A stretch of 64,000 nt of DNA from the NCBI GenBank assembly GCA_039934635.1, contig JBDTLT010000011.1, positions 5,118 to 69,117 on the forward strand, in the 5' to 3' direction. Of the stretch, positions 37,506-46,056 are shown one piece after another. The position numbers and the translations under genes are program-made. A model generated the notes under the pieces. The model was not told the origin of the DNA. It saw only the letters and a program-made list of their open reading frames with translations, and made no database searches. This stretch comes from Acidimicrobiales bacterium (GTDB lineage Bacteria > Actinomycetota > Acidimicrobiia > Acidimicrobiales > WLNW01). The stretch's first letter is position 1. Each line of letters begins with the position of its first letter.

Positions 37506-39365
37506 ATGTACGTGCGGGTGGATCTGGGCTCGGGCGCCGTCGCACTGGCCGAGCCCGACAACTTCAAGCAGTTCCACGTGACGGCGAGCGGGCCTGGCCT
37601 CGACGACGATGTCGCGGACGCGCTCGGTGACGGTGGGCGCCGGTGTGACGAGCCGAGCCACGTCTACGTCGCGATCGAACTCGTGCGACGGCTCGCGGCC
37701 CCCCAAATGGGTGACGAGTGGGAGGCGGGATTCGACAAGATGCTGGGTTTCGCCCAGAAGATGGGTTGGATCGACCCGAGCGGCGAGTTCATCAAGGCGC
37801 ACACCGAGTGGCCGCTGTGCGACGGCCGCAACCTCTGGGAGTTGATCGAGGCGCGGGTCGCGGCCACGCCCGATATCGAGATGGCGTGCGACGAATCGGG
37901 CAATCGCCTGACGTTTCGGCAATTCGAGGACCGGGCCGAACGCATGGCGGCGGGCCTCATGACGATGGGCATCGCCGCGAACGACGTCGTCTCGTGGGAG
38001 CTGCCCAGTTGGATCGAGTCGATGGTGTTGAGCGCGGCCATCAATCGGCTCGACGCGGTGCAGAACCCGATCATCGCGATCTACCGGGAACGCGAGGTCG
38101 CGTTCTGCACGAAGCAGGCCGGCGCCAAGCTGTTGATCGTGCCCGGCGTCTGGCGCGGCTACGACTACACGGCGATGGCCAACGCTGTCGCGGCGGCCAA
38201 CGACGGTCTCGAAGTCCTCACGGTCGAGCGGGGCGCGTTTCCCGATGGTGATCCGACGACATTGCCGCCGCCCCCACGGCCGTTGGCGTCGGGCGAACTG
38301 CCGATGCGCTGGTTGATGTACACGTCCGGTACGACCAGCGATCCCAAGGGCGCGCGGCACACCGATGCCGCCAATGCGATCGTGGCTCGCACGACCGGTC
38401 AGCGCTTCGATGTCCGTCACGGTGACCGGCCCTCGCTCGTGTTTCCGTTCCCGCACATCGGCGGCATCATGTGGATGGTGCTGTCGTTGCAGTTCGGGGC
38501 AACTCTGCTGTTCGAAGAAGCCTTCGACGCCAATCGCACGCCGCGGTATCTCTCGCGCGAGGGGTGCACGCATCCGGGGTCGGGCACGCCGTTCCATGTG
38601 GCGTATCTCAACGTGCAGCGCGAGCAGCCCGACGTGCCGTTGTTCCCGCGGGCGAAGTGTTTTCCGGGAGGCGGTGCACCCAAGCCGCCGCAACTGACCT
38701 ACGAGGTCAAGGACGAGTTGGGCGCAGTGGTCGTGTCGGGCTGGGGTCTCACCGAGGTCCCGATCCTCACGATGGCGTCGACCAAGGATTCGCTCGAACG
38801 GCTCGCGCAGACCGAAGGTTTCGTCATGCCGGGTGTCGAATTGATCGTCGTCAAGCTCGACGGCACACGGGCTGCCCCTGGCGAAGAGGGCGAACTGCGC
38901 GCGAAGGCACCACAGATGATGTTGGGCTATCTCGACGAGCGCCTCGACGCGGAGGCGTTCGACGAAGAGGGCTACTTCCGCACCGGCGACCTGGGCACGC
39001 TCGATGCCGACGGCTACGTGGTCATCACGGGCCGGTCCAAGGACGTCATCATCCGCAACGCGGAGAACATCTCGGCCAAAGAGGTCGAAGATGTGCTCTA
39101 CACGCACCCCAAGGTGCACGACGTCGCCGTCATCGGATTGTCCGATGCGAAGACGGGCGAACGCGTGTGCGCGGTGGTGTCGAGCACCGACGTCCAGGAT
39201 CCGTTGACCTTTGCCGCCATGCGCGATTTCCTGATCCAGCACGGCTTGCGCAAGCAGGCGATTCCCGAGCAGTTGGAGCTGGTCGACGTCATTCCCCGCA
39301 ATGCGGCGGGCAAGATAACCAAGAACGTGCTGCGCGACCGATTCAATGGTGCAGATCGACAATGA
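37506..39365 (+). CDS. AMP-binding acyl-CoA ligase (cyclohexanecarboxylate-CoA ligase-like) fused to an N-terminal ~100-aa uncharacterised domain
   Basis: ATG 37506; N-domain ending WEAGFDKMLGFAQKMGW...IKAHTEW runs in frame into LWELIEARV..TPD; YTSGTTSDPKG, GWGLTE, YFRTGDLG, RNAAGKI.K. Confidence 0.85.
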   Translation: MYVRVDLGSGAVALAEPDNFKQFHVTASGPGLDDDVADALGDGGRRCDEPSHVYVAIELVRRLAAPQMGDEWEAGFDKMLGFAQKMGWIDPSGEFIKAHTEWPLCDGRNLWELIEARVAATPDIEMACDESGNRLTFRQFEDRAERMAAGLMTMGIAANDVVSWELPSWIESMVLSAAINRLDAVQNPIIAIYREREVAFCTKQAGAKLLIVPGVWRGYDYTAMANAVAAANDGLEVLTVERGAFPDGDPTTLPPPPRPLASGELPMRWLMYTSGTTSDPKGARHTDAANAIVARTTGQRFDVRHGDRPSLVFPFPHIGGIMWMVLSLQFGATLLFEEAFDANRTPRYLSREGCTHPGSGTPFHVAYLNVQREQPDVPLFPRAKCFPGGGAPKPPQLTYEVKDELGAVVVSGWGLTEVPILTMASTKDSLERLAQTEGFVMPGVELIVVKLDGTRAAPGEEGELRAKAPQMMLGYLDERLDAEAFDEEGYFRTGDLGTLDADGYVVITGRSKDVIIRNAENISAKEVEDVLYTHPKVHDVAVIGLSDAKTGERVCAVVSSTDVQDPLTFAAMRDFLIQHGLRKQAIPEQLELVDVIPRNAAGKITKNVLRDRFNGADRQ

Positions 39366-39378
39366 GGAGAAGGCGACA

Positions 39379-39741
39379 ATGGCGAAAGTGACCATCTACC
39401 ACAACGGCAATTGAAACTCGTCCAATAGCGCCTTGGCGGTCGCCAAGGATCTGGGTGTCGATGCCGAGATCGTGCAATACCTCAAGACTCCACCCGACAA
39501 AGCGACGCTCGAAAAGATCATCGGCATGCTCGAAGATCCCGTGGAGGACCTCGTCCGCAAGGATGCCAAATTCGAAAAGCTGGGCCTCGACCCCGCCACG
39601 TTCGTGGGCAAGCCGAAGGCGGTCGTCGACATCTTGTTGAAGCACAAAGAACTGATGCAACGACCGGTCATCGTCAAAGGCAACAAGGCGATCATCGGCC
39701 GACCGAAGGACAAGGCCGCAAAGTTCCTCGAGGCCAAATAG
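39379..39741 (+). CDS. arsC: ArsC-family arsenate reductase with in-frame TGA at catalytic Cys12 (probable selenoprotein, UxxS)
   Basis: SD gaggag, then ATG 39379: MAKVTIYHNGN-TGA(39412-39414)-NSSNSAL...LVRKD...LMQRPVIV...IIGRP. His8, Ser15, Arg60, Arg95 and Arg108 line up with R773 ArsC H8/C12/S15/R60/R94/R107. Confidence 0.9.
39412..39448 (+). other. UGA-Sec codon plus bacterial SECIS-like hairpin
   Basis: CCTTGGC-GGTC-GCCAAGG (39431-39448); apical loop starts 23 nt after the UGA; the GGUC loop resembles the E. coli fdhF SECIS apical loop. Confidence 0.8.
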
Positions 39742-39755
39742 AAGGGCTCGCACCT

Positions 39756-41096
39756 ATGGCGATCACCGAGTACACCGACGATGCACCGGTCGGCACGACC
39801 ATCACCACGGTCGCGCGCCGGCGCACCCCGGTGCGCATTCCTGCCGCGCGCTACACCGACCCTGCGTGGGCCGAGCTCGAAGAGCAGCGAGTGTGGACCA
39901 AGACATGGCAACTGGCGTGCACACTCGACCACTTGGCCAATGCCGGCGACTGGTTCGAATACACCGTCGCCAAGTACTCGGTGCTCATCGTGCGCGATGA
40001 CGACGGCGCGTTGCGGGCCTATCAAAACGTGTGCCTGCATCGTGGCAACGAGCTGTGTCACGGCGCGGGCAGTGGGCTCACCGAGATTCGCTGCCCCTAC
40101 CACCGGTGGTCGTGGGATCTGCAAGGTCGGTTGCGGGAGGTGCCCTCGCGCAAAGGGTTCGGTGCTTTGCGCAACGAAGAGTTCCCCCTCATCTCGGTGC
40201 TCGTCGACACGTGGGGACCATTCGTCTTCGTCAACCTCGACACCGACGCCATGCCGTTGGGCGAATACCTCGCACCGGTGCCCGACGACATCGCGTGGGC
40301 AGGCATCGACGAGTTTCGTTGCCGCGCCCTCGTCACGGTGCCCTTGCCGGCCAACTGGAAGGTCTGCATCGAGGCGTTCAGCGAGACCTATCACGTGCAG
40401 GGCATCCATCGCGAGATGCTGCCGATGTGCGACGACGTCAATTCTCCGCAGGCAATCTGGGAGCATTCCGGCCGCTTGGTGCAACCCTACGGGGTGCCGT
40501 CACCTCGCCTGCGGCAGAGGCCGGACGATCAGCAGGTCTGGGATGCGTTCATCGAAGTGATGGGCGGCCGGATCGGCATCTCCGACAAGGCGGCGGCCGG
40601 CACCGTGCCCGAGGTTCCCGCCGGGCAGACGCTGCGCGATGTCCTCGCTCAAGGCGTGCGCGACGTAGGAGCGGCACAAGGGCTCGACTTCACATTGTTC
40701 AGCACGACGGAGCTGATGGATCTCAACCAGTACAACTTCTTCCCCAACATCACCGTGCTCGTGTTCCCCGATCTGTTGAGCGTCATCCGCGCCCGGCCGG
40801 GCGCGAACCCCGATGAATGCTTCATGGATTCGTTCGCGTTCGTACGCGTGCCAAAGGGCTCGACCGCACCACGCGTCCAACCGGCGGCGCTCACCATGAG
40901 CCCCGATCAGCCCGTCTTCGGCCTCGTGATCAACCAAGACGTCGGCAACTTGCAACACGCGCAGCGGGGTCTGCACCAACCGGGCTTCACCCACCTCGCG
41001 ATCTCGGGCGAGGAGTGCCGCATCATCAATCTGCACCGCAACCTCGAGAAGTACATCGGCGTACGCGAGATGTACGGCGGTGACGAAGGGGACTAG
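39756..41096 (+). CDS. Rieske non-heme iron oxygenase alpha subunit (aromatic ring-hydroxylating family)
   Basis: NVCLHRG...CPYHRWSWDLQG Rieske motif; ANWK...EAF.ETYHV..IH mononuclear Fe motif; late D..N...Q.G. Confidence 0.92.
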   Translation: MAITEYTDDAPVGTTITTVARRRTPVRIPAARYTDPAWAELEEQRVWTKTWQLACTLDHLANAGDWFEYTVAKYSVLIVRDDDGALRAYQNVCLHRGNELCHGAGSGLTEIRCPYHRWSWDLQGRLREVPSRKGFGALRNEEFPLISVLVDTWGPFVFVNLDTDAMPLGEYLAPVPDDIAWAGIDEFRCRALVTVPLPANWKVCIEAFSETYHVQGIHREMLPMCDDVNSPQAIWEHSGRLVQPYGVPSPRLRQRPDDQQVWDAFIEVMGGRIGISDKAAAGTVPEVPAGQTLRDVLAQGVRDVGAAQGLDFTLFSTTELMDLNQYNFFPNITVLVFPDLLSVIRARPGANPDECFMDSFAFVRVPKGSTAPRVQPAALTMSPDQPVFGLVINQDVGNLQHAQRGLHQPGFTHLAISGEECRIINLHRNLEKYIGVREMYGGDEGD

Positions 41097-41108
41097 TCGT
41101 GCGGCCGA

Positions 41109-41149
41109 CTTGTGCGGCTCCGCCGCAACGGATTGGCGGCTTCGCCGCG
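41109..41149. repeat. REP-like double-hairpin repeat, exact inverted copy of 62357-62397
   Basis: cttgtgcggctccgccgcaacggattggcggcttcgccgcg; 41/41 match to the reverse complement of 62357-62397. Confidence 0.9.
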
Positions 41150-41185
41150 GAATGAAGTCGCGGGAATCAGATCGTGAACACTCTG

Positions 41186-41222
41186 GTAGCAAGAGTGCAC
41201 GGTGGGAGTGCACTCTTGCTAC
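41186..41222. terminator. Perfect 15-bp hairpin between the convergent Rieske oxygenase and DUF445 genes
   Basis: gtagcaagagtgcac-ggtggga-gtgcactcttgctac. Confidence 0.7.
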
Positions 41223-41277
41223 GAAAGATCGGGGCGCAGCCACCCCGCGGTTGTGAGACGGTCCCGCGAGTGCACCG

Positions 41278-42537
41278 TCAGCCGATGAGGCGGCCGAAGG
41301 AGTAGATGGCGAGGCCGGCGAGACCGCCGACGAGCGTGCCGTTGATGCGGATGAACTGGAGATCGCGGCCGACCTGCAACTCGATGCGCTCCGCGGCTTC
41401 GTCGGCGTCCCATTTGGCGACTGTCGTCTCGATCAGGTCGGCGACCTCGTGGCGGTAGGCCTCGATGATGTAGCCGGCCGCACCTTCGATCCAACGATCG
41501 ACCTTTGCCCGCAGCGATGGGTCGTTGTTGAGGGACGTGCCGAACGCCAACGCCGTTTGTTCGATGCGACGGCGCAGTTCGGAATCGGGATCGTTGCTCT
41601 GATCGACGAGCGAGCGTTTGAGATCGCCCCACAGCGAGCCCATCCAGTTGCGTACCGCCGGATGCTCGAGGATCTCCTCTTTCAACTTCTCGCCCCGGGC
41701 GATGAGTGCGGGGTCCGACCCGAGCCGTTCGACCAGATCGGCCAATCGCGTGTCGAGGTGTTGGCGTAGCTCGTGTGACGGGTCGTCGATGACCTGTTGC
41801 AAGAACGTCGCCAGGCCGCGGTAGATCTTGTCGAAGATGCGATCATCGATCGGTTCGGGAACCCACCACGGCGATTCGCTGGAAAAGCGTCCGCGCAGCT
41901 CGCCCCGGTTCTCTTCGAGGAACCGAGCAGCGCCCTTTGCCAGCGCGTCGACCAGTTCGCGGTGGCGACCGTCGGCCGTCGCGATGGCGAGTACACGAGC
42001 GGCGGCTCGTGATGCCTCGATCTGTCGCAGACGCGATGTGATGCCGTGTTCGAGTGCGCTCTGCACATCGTCGTCGTGAAGCACGTCGAGTGCGCCCGCC
42101 AACGCCGCGCTCGTGTGTTGGCTCACGGTCTGCGCATGCGTGCTGTCGCCGAGCCAGACGCCGAGGCGCTCGCCGATGCGGGCGTGGCGCAGTTTCTCGG
42201 CGACCACTTCACGAGCGAGGAAGTTCTCTTGTACGAACTCACCGAGGCTGTGACCGAGTTGTGCTTTGCGCGTCTTGATGACCGCGGTGTGGGGGATGGG
42301 CAGGCCGAGCGGATGGCGAAACAGTGCGGTCACTGCAAACCAGTCGGCGAGCCCGCCGACCATCGAGGCCTCCGCGGTTGCTCGGATGAACCCCAACCAC
42401 GAGTGATCGGACTCGAAGATGCGGGTCACGACGAACACTGCCGCGGCGACGATGAGCATGCCGGTGGCGCGCCACTTCATGCGGCTCAGTTGCCGGGCGC
42501 GTTCGCTGTCGCGCTCCATGGTCGTGACCGTCTTCAC
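41278..42537 (-). CDS. DUF445 family membrane protein
   Basis: AEASMVGGLADWFAVTALFRHPLGLPIPHTA.I...K, C-terminal VGRDLQFIRINGTLVGGL.G; leaderless TAGGCT 6 nt upstream. Confidence 0.92.
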   Translation of the reverse strand: MKTVTTMERDSERARQLSRMKWRATGMLIVAAAVFVVTRIFESDHSWLGFIRATAEASMVGGLADWFAVTALFRHPLGLPIPHTAVIKTRKAQLGHSLGEFVQENFLAREVVAEKLRHARIGERLGVWLGDSTHAQTVSQHTSAALAGALDVLHDDDVQSALEHGITSRLRQIEASRAAARVLAIATADGRHRELVDALAKGAARFLEENRGELRGRFSSESPWWVPEPIDDRIFDKIYRGLATFLQQVIDDPSHELRQHLDTRLADLVERLGSDPALIARGEKLKEEILEHPAVRNWMGSLWGDLKRSLVDQSNDPDSELRRRIEQTALAFGTSLNNDPSLRAKVDRWIEGAAGYIIEAYRHEVADLIETTVAKWDADEAAERIELQVGRDLQFIRINGTLVGGLAGLAIYSFGRLIG

Positions 42538-42546
42538 CGGGGCAGC

Positions 42547-45018
42547 CTACGGCGCGCGCCTCGGCCGTTTGACGCCTCGCGACGGCGCGGCCTTGGTCGG
42601 GTCCTCGGGCCAATCGTGCTTGGGATAGCGCCCGCGCATCTCGGCCCGGACTTGCGGATACGAACCTTGCCAGAACCCGCCCAGATCGGCTGTGACCTGG
42701 AGCGGTCGCCCGGCCGGCGAAAGCAGATGCAGTACGACCGGCACCCGCCCGCCGGCCACTCGTGGTGTGTCACTCCAACCGAATACCTCTTGAAGGCGTA
42801 CTCGTAACACCGGCTGGTCGCTGCCGTAGTCGAGCGCGATCGTCGAGCCGCTCGGCACCGTGAGGACGCGGGGCGCGAGCGTGTCGAGCTGAGCGAGGAG
42901 CGCCCTCGGCACGAGCGTCTGTAGCGCTCGCGTCACGTCGATGCGCTCGAGGTCGGCGCGTCGGCGGGCTGTCCCGACGAACGGCGTGAGCCAGGTGTCG
43001 AGCGTCGCCAACAGGGCGTCGTCGGACAGGTCGGGCCACGCATCGTTGCCCAGCATCCGTCGACAGAACGTCACGCGAGATCGCAGCGCGTCGGCTTCAC
43101 CCAGACGCGTCAGCAGGCGCAGACCGTCCCGGCCGACGCCGTCGAGAAGGGCGGATTGCGCCGCGCCGGCGTCGTCGAGGGGCTGGCGCGCAACGACGAT
43201 GGCACCGAGTCGCCGATCGCGCGTCGCTCGCACGTCGTGCGTTTGCTGATCCCACACGACTTCGTCGACGGCTGTCATCTGCTCGGAGAACAGCTGCTCG
43301 ACGTCGTCTCGGTCGATGGCCGCCGCCGCGAATATCCGCGCATCTTGTGCGCGCGCTTCGACGTCGGCGACGGCGATCCACTCGGAAGCGGCCAGAGGAT
43401 CGTGCGGAGGTAGCACCGCCCCGATGCCGTTGGCCAACAGATAGCGCAACGAACCGGTCTTCGCTCGGCGTCGCGCAACGCGGTCGGGATACGCGAGCGC
43501 GACGACCACTCCCGTCGCCGTGACATCGACAGGGCTGTCGACGACCTTGATGATCGACCGCACACGCCGCGCGATGGTGTCGGCCCGTCGCTCGATCTGC
43601 GGTCGCCGCCGCGCTTGCGCCACCTGTTCGGCAAGGTCGGCCGTGGCCGTCTTGGTCGGCAGCCGATCGCTCAAGAGGGCCGCGATCGTGCACGCGAGCG
43701 AACCATGGCCCAACGCGTATGCGCCGAGCACACAGTGCGCGAGCCGCGGATGAAGCGGTAGTGCGGCGCAGTGCCGGCCGTGCTCGGTGAGTCGGGCATC
43801 GGCGTCGATGATGCCGAGTTCGCGCAGCAGTCGCTGGGCTTCGTGCAAACCGTCGGGCGGAGGCGCGTCGAGAAACCGTAGATGGGTGCCGGCGGCGTCG
43901 CCCCATGAAACGAGGTCGAGGGCGAGCGACGCCAAGTCGGCGTGGGCGATTTCGGGAGTCGTCTGCTCGCGCAATCGCTCGTGCTCGAGTTCGGACCACA
44001 GGCGATAACAACGGCCGGGCGCCGTGCGACCGGCCCGTCCTCGCCGTTGATCGGCCGATGCCCGTGAAACACGGACGGTCGTCAGCCCGCCCATGCCGCG
44101 GCGTGGATCGAAACGCGACGTTCGGGCGAATCCACTGTCGACGACGGCACCGACCCCCTCGATCGTGAGGCTCGTTTCGGCGATCGACGTCGCGACGATC
44201 ACTCGGCGCCGCGACGGCGACGGCGTGAGCACGCGGTCCTGTTCGGCGGGTGGCAACGAACCGTGCAGCGCGAGGACCTCGACCGAAGCGTCGTTGGAAT
44301 GGTCTCGCTGCAACGACCGCATGACCTGACCGATCTCGTACACGCCGGGCGCGAACACGAGCACGTTGCCGTCGCCTTCACGCAGGGCTTGCCGGGTGGC
44401 CCGGGCGACGTGGTCGGCGTCGAACGATGCCGACGTCGATGCGAGGTAGGTAGTGGTGATCGGATATTGGCGCACGGTGCAGTCGATGATCGGTGCATCG
44501 TCGAGCAACCGCGCGACTGCCGCACCGTCGAGCGTGGCCGACATGACGACCACGCGTAGCTCCGGATGCAGCGCGGCGCGTGCGTCGAGCGTGAAGGCCA
44601 ACCCGATATCGGCGTCGAGGCTGCGTTCGTGGAACTCGTCGAAGACGACCGCCGAGACATCGCTGAGTGCGGCATCCGAATGGAGCATCCTTGTGAGCAC
44701 GCCTTCGGTCACGACTTCGATACGCGTGGTCTTCGAGACGTTTGTGTCGTCGCGCATGCGCCAGCCGACTCCGCGGCCCACTCGTTCATTGCGCAGCGCG
44801 GCCATGCGCGTCGCCGCCGCGCGGGTCGCGACGCGCCGTGGCTCGACGACAAGAACTTTGCCGTCACACCATGCCTGCTCTTCGAGCAGGAGTGGGACGA
44901 TCGTGCTCTTCCCCGCTCCTGGCGGGGCCACGATCACGGCGGCCGAGCCGGGCGGGCGAAGCGCGTGAGCGATCTCGTCGAGGACCGCCTTGATCGGAAG
45001 GTCGGTCGAGAGCATCAC
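42547..45018 (-). CDS. hrpB: ATP-dependent RNA helicase HrpB
   Basis: APPGAGKST, EPRRVATRAAA, DEFHERSL, MSATL, ATSIAETSLTI.G, QRRGRAGR..PG, LQE.FG, LLSPAGRP.QVT.DL..FW. Confidence 0.96.
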   Translation of the reverse strand: MMLSTDLPIKAVLDEIAHALRPPGSAAVIVAPPGAGKSTIVPLLLEEQAWCDGKVLVVEPRRVATRAAATRMAALRNERVGRGVGWRMRDDTNVSKTTRIEVVTEGVLTRMLHSDAALSDVSAVVFDEFHERSLDADIGLAFTLDARAALHPELRVVVMSATLDGAAVARLLDDAPIIDCTVRQYPITTTYLASTSASFDADHVARATRQALREGDGNVLVFAPGVYEIGQVMRSLQRDHSNDASVEVLALHGSLPPAEQDRVLTPSPSRRRVIVATSIAETSLTIEGVGAVVDSGFARTSRFDPRRGMGGLTTVRVSRASADQRRGRAGRTAPGRCYRLWSELEHERLREQTTPEIAHADLASLALDLVSWGDAAGTHLRFLDAPPPDGLHEAQRLLRELGIIDADARLTEHGRHCAALPLHPRLAHCVLGAYALGHGSLACTIAALLSDRLPTKTATADLAEQVAQARRRPQIERRADTIARRVRSIIKVVDSPVDVTATGVVVALAYPDRVARRRAKTGSLRYLLANGIGAVLPPHDPLAASEWIAVADVEARAQDARIFAAAAIDRDDVEQLFSEQMTAVDEVVWDQQTHDVRATRDRRLGAIVVARQPLDDAGAAQSALLDGVGRDGLRLLTRLGEADALRSRVTFCRRMLGNDAWPDLSDDALLATLDTWLTPFVGTARRRADLERIDVTRALQTLVPRALLAQLDTLAPRVLTVPSGSTIALDYGSDQPVLRVRLQEVFGWSDTPRVAGGRVPVVLHLLSPAGRPLQVTADLGGFWQGSYPQVRAEMRGRYPKHDWPEDPTKAAPSRGVKRPRRAP

Positions 45019-46007
45019 GAAGAGTCACCAGCGACCAATGCGTACTCGACGATGATCGGGCGATGGTCGCTGCCTCGCCCCGTGCCGTAGGTTGCTTTGA
45101 CCGGTACGAGTTGCTTCGAGCTCAACGCGTGATCGATGCGAAGAAGCGGCGGGAAGGGTTTGTCGCGGGGCCACGTTCCGGTGAGGCCGGTGCCACGCGC
45201 CGAATGTGCGTCGGTGAGCCCCGTGTCGAGGAGATCGTCGAATCGAGAGTGGTAAATGGTCGCGTTGAAATCGCCGATCAGCAGCAGCGGTGTTGTTCGT
45301 TGTTCGGCGAGGCCGTGAAGCGCATCGAGCATCTGACGCCATCGCCTGATGGACTTGTCGTCAGTCGGCGCAATGGTGTGAACGGCGACGATTTCGACGG
45401 TGCCTATGGCCGTGGACACGCGGGCGCGAGCCATCGGTCTCGAGGGCTCGTACCAGATCTCGCTCGATTCAAAGGGCAACCGCGAGAACAGAGCGGTGTC
45501 GCTGTCGCTCGAGATGACGCGATTGGTGAAGGCGGCCAGGGCGGGATCTCGCTCCAGGCGCGAGCGGAAGGCGCGCGTCACCTCATGAAATACGGCGATG
45601 TCGGGGTCGTTGCTGCGCACTTCTTCCATGATCCCCGACAGGTCGGGGTTGCCGTAAAAGAGGTTGGCGGAAAAAGTACGGAGTCGAGGCGCTCCTTTGA
45701 CCTCGGCGCTGAGACGATCGGGAGGCTTGATGTCAGGCCAGACCGTCACGACATGCACCATCACCACGACGACGGTCAATGCGAGTAGGAGCCAGCGCCG
45801 AGCGCTGAACGCGAACCCGACTGCGAAGTACACGGGCAGGAATAGCCAGGGGGTGATGCCGTAGAGGGCGAGTGCGGCCTCGCCCTCGTACCCGGCCGAG
45901 CGGACGTAGGCGAACAAGAGCAAACACGCGCAGCCGAGATACGCCATCGCGCTCAGTTGTCTGAGGATGAGTAGCTCGCGTCTCGTTGCCGGGGCCGCAG
46001 AACTCAC
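45015..46007 (-). CDS. Endonuclease/exonuclease/phosphatase family protein with N-terminal TM helices
   Basis: SANL, FHEV, LLIGDFNAT, LRIDHAL, GSDHRPI; TAGCCT 6 nt before the GTG. Confidence 0.88.
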   Translation of the reverse strand: MSSAAPATRRELLILRQLSAMAYLGCACLLLFAYVRSAGYEGEAALALYGITPWLFLPVYFAVGFAFSARRWLLLALTVVVVMVHVVTVWPDIKPPDRLSAEVKGAPRLRTFSANLFYGNPDLSGIMEEVRSNDPDIAVFHEVTRAFRSRLERDPALAAFTNRVISSDSDTALFSRLPFESSEIWYEPSRPMARARVSTAIGTVEIVAVHTIAPTDDKSIRRWRQMLDALHGLAEQRTTPLLLIGDFNATIYHSRFDDLLDTGLTDAHSARGTGLTGTWPRDKPFPPLLRIDHALSSKQLVPVKATYGTGRGSDHRPIIVEYALVAGDSS

Positions 46008-46056
46008 CGATGCAGGCTAGGCCCGACCGGCCCTCAGCTTGCGTCGCGCTCCGCGG

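Noticed and set aside
39412-39414. Reading the arsC TGA as a simple nonsense mutation (pseudogene)
   Set aside because: Disfavoured because the stop falls exactly on the catalytic Cys, all other catalytic residues are intact and a SECIS-like hairpin follows at the expected distance. It cannot be excluded without finding selA/selB/selC.
41186-41222. GAGTGC/GCACTC half-sites resembling CIRCE (HrcA operator)
   Set aside because: The half-site order is reversed relative to TTAGCACTC-N9-GAGTGCTAA, and the site lies between convergent 3' ends, not in a promoter.
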